A stretch of DNA of 64,000 nt from Batkoa obscura. Taxonomy: Eukaryota. The notes below the pieces were generated by a model that saw only the letters and a program-made list of their open reading frames with translations, was not told the DNA's origin and ran no database searches. Position 1 is the first letter of the stretch. Every line of letters starts with the position of its first letter. The stretch is from the NCBI GenBank assembly GCA_030770535.1, contig JASVEC010000001.1, positions 248,001-312,000 of the forward strand, in the 5' to 3' direction. Both the position numbers and the translations under genes were made by a program. This document shows positions 55,693 to 64,000 of this stretch, piece after piece.

Positions 55693-56199
55693 GGGGGTGT
55701 CCGAATTGGTTTCATTTTTTTATCTAGTTTTTAAATTATTTTGTTATAATTTATATTGTAAGTTAGCGGAATTTTTATCAAATTTAATATAAATTCCTGA
55801 ATTAGCAAGGATTTTACCAATATAGCCTATATAGTGATATTAATCAAAGTTGTATTATGTAAATAAATATATATTTTTATAAAACTTTATTAAGAAATAT
55901 TTATTATTAACTGCTTTATAGCCAACACTACAGATTTGCTATCAAATAAATAAATAAATAATTTTAATGTTATAATTACATTATTAATATATCACTAAGT
56001 TAATAAGTAGCTACATGGGAGAGAGTGGTTAGCCCTAAAACTATAATTAACCATCTTTATATAATACAAGCAATATAATAATTTTTATTTATTATTATAA
56101 CTACTTGCTCTTTACTTATTTATTAACAGCTATTAATAATTAAGTAATGTCAACATTTAATAATTGATTTCTATCATCAATAAGCTACTTACTTGCTTA

Positions 56200-57701
56200 C
56201 TAAATATTGAAACTTTTGGATTTCAGTTATTTTTGTAAGATAAGCTGGGGTTAATCTTTTAATTTTTGTATTTTCTATAAACTTTATAGCTTTAATTAGA
56301 GTTATCACTTTTTTTGATCTATCAGATACTGGATAACAGTGTAGTTTATTATTAGGTTTGATAAAATGTAAATACTTTTTAATACTTTGTATTTATATTA
56401 TTTTATATATATCTTTATTTCTTCCATACTTTTTAAAAATTTTATGTTTCCTATTATTAACAGTTGAGTTATTAGTTTTATTATGTTCACTAATAAAAAT
56501 CTCAAATTTTGAAATCAACTAATTAATATTCTCTATTTTATTTAATGTTTTAAAACTATTTTTCCATTATGAAAGTTTTTTAAAATGTCTATCAACTATA
56601 TTTTTTTATAACGCTTAGCAAAAAAATTAAGATTAATATTTAAACTACTATTTATTTTATGAATTTCTTTAAATATATAGTGTAAAAACTCTTGAGATTT
56701 AAAATGGTTTCCTGTATCTGCCCATATATTAATTTTTGTAAACTTTTTAAACAAAGGCTCTTTAGATATTAAATCAATTAAACAATCTCCTACATATGCT
56801 GAATCATAATTTAATATTTCAGATAAATAATCAAAATAAACAAAGTTTATTGTTTTATCATTTTTCAAATGCAAAACGCCAGACTTTAATACTGATATAG
56901 CTTGTTTATTATAATGATCTAAATTTATTGGATCTGGTCTTGTTCCTATTTCCATATTTTGTTTAAAATCTAGAATTATTATACAGCTTTTATTATTTAA
57001 TTTTTTGATAGTTTCATTAAATATGGTTTTTTGAGTATTAATATGAAATTTACGTAATTTATATTAACTTTTTTCTTTATTAAAAGATTCTTCTATCTCT
57101 GCTTTATTTTTTGTCGCTGTGTTTATTTTATTTTCAAATAACCTTTTTCTAACTGTATACTGGGCACATATATTACATAAATCTGTTTTTTTTGTTATAT
57201 TTTTAAAACTATTTAGTATATATTTAAAAAATATTAACTTGGCTACTGCTTTATCTTTTAAATCATTAAAACATTTACTGTATATCATTCTTCTACTTTT
57301 ATTTAATATATATATGTTATCTGGCGAATATTTATTATCATTATTTTTGAATAGTCATATTGATTTCTACTTATATTAAATCCAAAGCTTTTACATTCAT
57401 CAAAAGAATATACTGAAGCTATAGTTGATAATAATGCTACTTGCTGGTTTTTGTTTTCTGTTTCCTTTAAAGCACTAATTTTATACATTGCTTGGTTAAG
57501 TTTGTTATTATTAATAGTAAGCTTTAATAACATTTCTTTTCTTTTTTTAATTTTATTATAAAATTCCATAAACTCTGGGTTATTATGAATAGTTGTTAAA
57601 ATTAATATAAATGAATTACAATGTTTATATAATGTGGTTCTCCTTATTATATTGAAATTTTTAAAATTTTTATTTTGAAGTTTAGCTATAAAAGCTTGCA
57701 T
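56200..57701 (-). pseudogene. Disrupted DDD-type transposase
   Basis: Joined fragments give TDLCNIC, CIIILDFKQN (read through the TAA at 57064-57066), IWADTGNHFKSQEF, LNFFA and, after a frameshift, NIVDRHF; 3' end approximate. Confidence 0.75.
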
Positions 57702-57793
57702 TTTGTTTTTATTTTAATAAAAAATAAAGTCAAATAATTATATATTTATGTCTTATATATCTATTAAAAAGTTAATAAAAAAATACAAAACAC

Positions 57794-58151
57794 TGTGAAA
57801 TATCGTTTCATCAGCTCTATGATTGATTATCGCATAATAATCACTTAACTTGTTTACAAAACTAGTTGGAGTATAAAAGAGATTATTCAACATGATAGCT
57901 CGAGGCTTTTTAATTGAATTGTTCCCTAATATTGTACTTTTAATAAAGCCACTAAGTCTTGTAATATTTTACGTAGATTTTACAGCAATGTTTTATATTC
58001 TATTTGTTTTACATAGCTCATAGCTTATTGCGTATTACTCCTATTGATTTAAGTCTATCTTAGCTACATAAACTAAGGCCTTTTGACTTACGGCCAGTTA
58101 ATTGAGCTAGGACTACTTTTTAACTGCAATCACTGAGTACCAACTTTCACA
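57794..58151 (-). mobile_element. 358-bp solo-LTR-like insert in copy B
   Basis: TGTGAAA...TTTCACA ends; absent from copy A at the matching position; reverse complement of 62626-62983. Confidence 0.8.
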
Positions 58152-59376
58152 AAAATATAATTAAAAAAATAAAATAAATGAATAAAATAAAATAAGTCTT
58201 TTAAGTTAAATTTTTATATTTGATTTTAAGCTTTTTAAATTTAGCTAATCATATATTAAGACTTACAAATTTAAAAACTTAAAATTTGGATTAATTTCTA
58301 GTTAAATTCTGAAACCAATTAGGGCATATCCCTATATTTTTAAACAAAAATTCATGATAATAATCCCATATTTATGATAGCTTATAATATTATAAGTGAG
58401 AAGTACAATGCTATTAAAAAAAACTAATAGTTTTAAAAAAATATTTATACGTTCTAAAAATATTAAAAATTATAACTTAATCAATTACATTTAATATTCT
58501 ATTACTTCAGGTAATGGAACAAATATAAGGGATATACTATTGGTTCAAATTTTCAAGTGGTTTTGGTTCGAGTTGTACATTATTTAAATTCTCAAAAATA
58601 TCTCGCAGTTTATATAAATAATAAAAGAAAAGTTGATATGAGAATAAATTGTATCACTTGAAAACCATATAGTCACCAAGTAGTGTTGACTCGTGGTATA
58701 TATTAGGATAAGGTATCATCAAAATAAGCCTTGTATAATTGCTTAAATAAGAGATTTTTGAAGCATCATACCACTCTTAAAGGATACATTTTTATAATAG
58801 TATTCTTAATATTATTTTATTGGATGATATCTGAGAAACATCAAAAATAAGAATTTCGAAGATTGTATACCACTTTAAATGGAGGCTTTCAAGAACATAT
58901 TTAGTGGCAGCATATTTTTCATATATAACTTGAACCTTATTTATATCTAAAGTATATAGAACATAGTCTTTTCACTTAAAATTCAACTTAATATACTTGT
59001 TATCTTTAAAACTGTGAACGTGTTAAAGGAGTTCAGTTTTATTGATAAATTATCAAGGGTCACATTTGGAGCTATCTACTCATTAATTGATATTAAAAAT
59101 ATATTTTATTTATTTAGTTCTAGCTTTAGATTTACCTTTTGTACAAATAATTCTTCTTTAATAGGGATATATTTATTCATTTCCTGTGCATAAATAAATA
59201 ATATTCTGTAACAATGTGTATCAAATTTGATTGGTATTTTTAGTTACATATAATTGTAAACATTTTAATAACATCAATGGAGTATAAATAGCTACACCGA
59301 GCACTATTCTCCTTTGGAAATCATTTATTAATTAATTTCTTTTAATATATCACTATTAGCATCCTTAATCTAGATC

Positions 59377-60321
59377 ATGAAGTTCTTTACTATTACTCCT
59401 GTATTACTCATCGGTTCTATCTTTCAATCCATTAGTTCACAGTCTATTTCCAAATGCACTCAAAATGGTGTATTTGCTTTAACTTTTGATGATGGTGTTA
59501 CAAACTATACTGGAGAAATGTTGGATATCTTAAAGGTGAAAGGTGTTAAAGCTACCTTTTTTTATATCGGCTCTAACCTTGAATCTGAGGAACACAAAAT
59601 GATTGCTAAGCGTGCTTTTGACGAAGGTCATCAAATCGCTTCTCATACTTGGACCCATTCTTCGCTTACTTCTTTATCTGCTGAACAAGTAAAAGATGAA
59701 ATGAAAAAGACCGAAGACGTCCTTGAGAAAACTATTGGAAGGAAAGTGAGATATATGAGAAGCCCATACCTTGAATCTAATGATGCAGTAAATGCTTTAT
59801 TAAAACAAATGGATTATGTTCAAGTTGGAGTTAATTTAGATAGTAATGACTGGAGATATAGAGATACTGCACCACAAAGGATTTTCGACGCTTTCAAAGA
59901 TGCTATGAATACCCCAGGAGTTGAATCCCAATCCTTTATCTCTTTACAACATGATTTGACTAGCCCTTCAGTAGCTAAAATTGGAGAAATCATTGATTTA
60001 GTTCGTTCTAAAAATTTCAGATTTGTTACTGCCGAAGAATGTTTAGGAAAAGGCCCAGCCTATAAGGATTCCCAATCTATTCCATCCAGTACATCTACCT
60101 CATCCAGTACATCTACCCCATCCAGTACATCTGCTCCATCCAGTACATCTGCTCCATCCAGTACGTCTACTCCATCTAGCACATACATTCCATCAAGTAC
60201 ATCTACTCAATCTATTCCTTTAAATCAAGGTAAACCCCAAGGTGGAAAATATGAAGTTGTTACACCAAAGCCTCATAGTTCTCGTAAATGTAAACCCACC
60301 TCTATTCCAAAACATAATTAA
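59377..60321 (+). CDS. CDA: Secreted polysaccharide/chitin deacetylase (CE4, NodB domain)
   Basis: Signal peptide; TFDDG, HTWTH, RSPY, DSNDW and LQHD motifs; VTAEECLG; S/T/P tail. Confidence 0.95.
   Translation: MKFFTITPVLLIGSIFQSISSQSISKCTQNGVFALTFDDGVTNYTGEMLDILKVKGVKATFFYIGSNLESEEHKMIAKRAFDEGHQIASHTWTHSSLTSLSAEQVKDEMKKTEDVLEKTIGRKVRYMRSPYLESNDAVNALLKQMDYVQVGVNLDSNDWRYRDTAPQRIFDAFKDAMNTPGVESQSFISLQHDLTSPSVAKIGEIIDLVRSKNFRFVTAEECLGKGPAYKDSQSIPSSTSTSSSTSTPSSTSAPSSTSAPSSTSTPSSTYIPSSTSTQSIPLNQGKPQGGKYEVVTPKPHSSRKCKPTSIPKHN
60082..60207 (+). repeat. 18-bp coding tandem repeat x7 (PSSTS[T/A])
   Basis: CCATCCAGTACATCT(A/G)CT-like units. Confidence 0.93.
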
Positions 60322-61592
60322 TATATTATAAATAATTTGTAATATAAATTTGAATTGCTTTTATTTTAACTTCTTATCTGTAAAATGAAAATATAACACG
60401 CTAAAAAACATTTTCAATTGCTAAAATATAACAAACGCTATTCGTATTTTAAATGGATTACTTATTACATTATAGCATAACAACCTTACCATTTAATATA
60501 ATGGATAAAATCATATACCCAAGCTTACTCGTTACATTTCATTATATGAGATTAATTTCTAATTTTCTTTCATGGCGTGTTGACAACATTATTATATTTT
60601 TATGCTAAGCTTAAGAGTCTATAATTATAAAGGAGTTTTTACTTGGAGTAATTCACTTTTAATATTCTTGACAAAAGAATTGTAGAATATTCATAAAATT
60701 TATATATTTATCAATAAAGCAAATATTGTCTACATTATATTTGGACACTGTTTAACTATATAGCGCATACACAAGTGGGATCTAAATTGTCTATATTTTA
60801 AACAAATTTAGAGTATAGATCTGTAAGATATTTAAAAAAACGAAAGGGGTGATTAAAGCATCAAATCAGAAAGGATGGAGAAAGAATAGGAAACACACCT
60901 TTCTATAAAAATTTCTTTACATTTTATATACAGGAACCATTCATACATCGCACAGGAATTAGACATTTTAACACAATTCAATTGGTAGAGATTCTATTAA
61001 ATGATTGCATGAGTATAAATAAGTGGAAACTAATTTATGATTTAAGATTATTATTATACTATATCGTGTATTGGAATGAATGATTAACCAGGGAAGTTAC
61101 TAGATTCGCCAACATTACAAACGTGTTTTGCTAATTTGCAAAGACCAATGTGAATTTTAGTAAATTAACCTACTTTCTATGTAAGTCAGCCATATAGCTC
61201 TAAAATTATTTTAGAAATAGCTGAAAACACGATGAGTGCTATGAAAACTTGTACCTTTCTAGCAGATATTTGTATTTCATACATTTATATCGATGAGCTT
61301 GGTATATGTGGTAAAATAATAATACCTTTACTACAATTTTATAGTTGAACATATTTTACTCTTACAATATTGTATCATGTTTCGGAGTTCTCACATATAA
61401 TGACACTTTTAAAAGTTAATTGTTTATGTTTTTTTATAAATCAATATCAAAATAGAGTAAAGATTGAAATAATACCATATCTCTAAAAATTGTCCCGAAA
61501 ATCGAAACACACTCAACTTTGGATGCTAATTTCTCAACAACTAGCAATTGAAAAGTATTAATATTTTGGCATAATTTTCAGAGACATTATAT

Positions 61593-62445
61593 GGGGATGT
61601 CCGAATTGGTTTCATTTTTTTATCCAATTTTAAAAACTGCTTAAAATTCTGTAAAAATAAATTCTTTATTAAAAACCAAAAGTACCCAACACAGTTTTAA
61701 ATTATTTTATTATAATTTATATTGTGTTAGCGGAATTTCTACTAAATTTAATACAAATTCCCGGATTACCAAGGCTTTTACTAATATAACTTATATATTG
61801 ATACTAACCAAAGTTGTATTATGTAAATAAATACTGTGAAAGTTGGTACTCAGTGGTTGGAGTTAAAAGCAGTTTTTGCTTGATTAACTTGCCTTGAGTC
61901 GAACGGTCTTAGTTTATGTAACTAATATGGACTTAAATGAATAATAATAATACATAATAAGATACGAACTATGTAAAATAAAGAGAATAGACAATACTAC
62001 TGTAAAATCTACGTAAGATGTTGTCAGAAAGATTTAGAGGCTTTATTAATGGTACGATATCAGGGAGTAATTCAGTTAAAAAGCCTCGGGTTGTCATGTT
62101 GAAGAATCTCTTTCATACTCTTTGCAATATGAAGTTAGAAATTCTCACAGCAAATCAAAACAAGGAACTCTGAATTGATTATACCACATGATTTACGATT
62201 AAATTGGTTACAAGACTACCACTAGCTTTGTAAACAAGTTAAATGATTATTATGTTATAATTAATCCGAGAGCTGATAAACCAATATTTCACACTGGGCA
62301 CATATATTACATAAATCTGTTTTTTTTGTTATAATTTTAAAACTATTTAGTATATATTTAAAAAACATTAACCTAGCTACTGCTTTATCTTTTAAATCAT
62401 TAAAATATTTGCCATATATCATTCTTCTACTTTTATTTAATATAT
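61593..62445 (-). mobile_element. Long DNA transposon copy C (3' end, internally deleted)
   Basis: GGGGATGTCCGAATTGGTTTCA after ATAT; matches 55693-55870, then an LTR-like insert, then matches ~57160-57310; stops where copy D begins. Confidence 0.85.
61835..62293 (+). mobile_element. 459-bp diverged solo-LTR-like insert in copy C
   Basis: TGTGAAAGTTGGTACTCAGT...ATATTTCACA; collinear with 62626-62983 plus ~100 extra bp near 62121-62220. Confidence 0.8.
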
Positions 62446-64000
62446 GAGGGTGTCCGAATTGGTTTCAGAATTTAACTAGAAATTAATCCAAATTTTAAGT
62501 TTTTAAATTTGTAAGTCTTAATATATGATTAGCTAAATTTAAAAAGCTTAAAATCAAATATAAAAATTTAACTTAAAAGACTTATTTTATTTTATTCATT
62601 TATTTTATTTTTTTAATTATATTTTTGTGAAAGTTGGTACTCAGTGATTGCAGTTAAAAAGTAGTCCTAGCTCAATTAACTGGCCGTAAGTCAAAAGGCC
62701 TTAGTTTATGTAGCTAAGATAGACTTAAATCAATAGGAGTAATACGCAATAAGCTATGAGCTATGTAAAACAAATAGAATATAAAACATTGCTGTAAAAT
62801 CTACGTAAAATATTACAAGACTTAGTGGCTTTATTAAAAGTACAATATTAGGGAACAATTCAATTAAAAAGCCTCGAGCTATCATGTTGAATAATCTCTT
62901 TTATACTCCAACTAGTTTTGTAAACAAGTTAAGTGATTATTATGCGATAATCAATCATAGAGCTGATGAAACGATATTTCACAGTGTTTTGTATTTTTTT
63001 ATTAACTTTTTAATAGATATATAAGACATAAATATATAATTATTTGACTTTATTTTTTATTAAAATAAAAACAAAATGCAAGCTTTTATAGCTAGACTTC
63101 AAAATAAAAATTTTAAAAATTTCAATATAATAAGGAGAACCACATTATATAAACATTGTAATTCATTTATATTAATTTTAACAACTATTCATAATAACCC
63201 AGAGTTTATGGAATTTTATAATAAAATTAAAAAAAGAAAAGAAATGTTATTAAAGCTTACTATTAATAATAACAAACTTAACCAAGCAATGTATAAAATT
63301 AGTGCTTTAAAGGAAACAGAAAACAAAAACCAGCAAGTAGCATTATTATCAACTATAGCTTCAGTATATTCTTTTGATGAATGTAAAAGCTTTGGATTTA
63401 ATATAAGTAGAAATCAATATGACTATTCAAAAATAATGATAATAAATATTCGCCAGATAACATATATATATTAAATAAAAGTAGAAGAATGATATACAGT
63501 AAATGTTTTAATGATTTAAAAGATAAAGCAGTAGCCAAGTTAATATTTTTTAAATATATACTAAATAGTTTTAAAAATATAACAAAAAAAACAGATTTAT
63601 GTAATATATGTGCCCAGTATACAGTTAGAAAAAGGTTATTTGAAAATAAAATAAACACAGCGACAAAAAATAAAGCAGAGATAGAAGAATCTTTTAATAA
63701 AGAAAAAAGTTAATATAAATTACGTAAATTTCATATTAATACTCAAAAAACCATATTTAATGAAACTATCAAAAAATTAAATAATAAAAGCTGTATAATA
63801 ATTCTAGATTTTAAACAAAATATGGAAATAGGAACAAGACCAGATCCAATAAATTTAGATCATTATAATAAACAAGCTATATCAGTATTAAAGTCTGGCG
63901 TTTTGCATTTGAAAAATGATAAAACAATAAACTTTGTTTATTTTGATTATTTATCTGAAATATTAAATTATGATTCAGCATATGTAGGAGATTGTTTAAT
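62446..64000 (+). mobile_element. Long DNA transposon copy D (runs off the window)
   Basis: GAGGGTGTCCGAATTGGTTTCA after ATAT; near-identical reverse complement of copy B, including transposase fragments from 63076. Confidence 0.9.
62626..62983 (+). mobile_element. 358-bp solo-LTR-like insert in copy D
   Basis: TGTGAAA...TTTCACA; flanks ATTTT and GTGTT each differ by one base from the empty-site ATGTT in copy A. Confidence 0.8.

Larger units (their letters stand above)
55693..58333 (-). mobile_element. Long DNA transposon copy B (both ends, ~2.64 kb), Sola-like
   Basis: GGGGGTGTCCGAATTGGTTTCA at 55693; TGAAACCAATT plus a decayed tip ending ~58333; ATAT on both sides; fragmented transposase inside. 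Confidence 0.88.

Noticed and set aside
55164..57701. Programmed frameshifting or stop readthrough in the transposase
   Set aside because: Several independent lesions, including a 137-bp deletion, fit decay better; lesions shared by B and D reflect common descent.
58500..61560. Coding-looking patches either side of the deacetylase
   Set aside because: No open frames in the ORF track and no motifs I could recognise.

Overview
AT-rich eukaryotic window, most likely from an early-diverging fungus (inferred from short GT-AG introns, a single-chain fungal fatty acid synthase, and SUN-family and chitin deacetylase genes). Conventional genes: dual-specificity phosphatase, aldo-keto reductase, SUN-family secreted protein, Slm1-like BAR/PH protein, a 15-exon acetoacetyl-CoA synthetase (reconstructed here), an intronless 3947-aa fused FAS, a small homeobox protein and a CE4 deacetylase. 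Two accessory systems stand out. (1) Seven paralogues (2 intact, 5 disrupted) of an uncharacterised single-pass membrane protein flank FAS on both sides. They have a divergent Kelch-like ectodomain, a strongly conserved cytoplasmic tail and a shared upstream motif. (2) A DNA transposon system with GRG...CYC-type ends and 4-bp target duplications (Sola-like, by inference) comprises eight ~97-bp MITEs and four longer copies. The longer copies abut or nest at the same internal (AT)n site and carry solo-LTR-like inserts. All coordinates were read by eye and no database searches were run.
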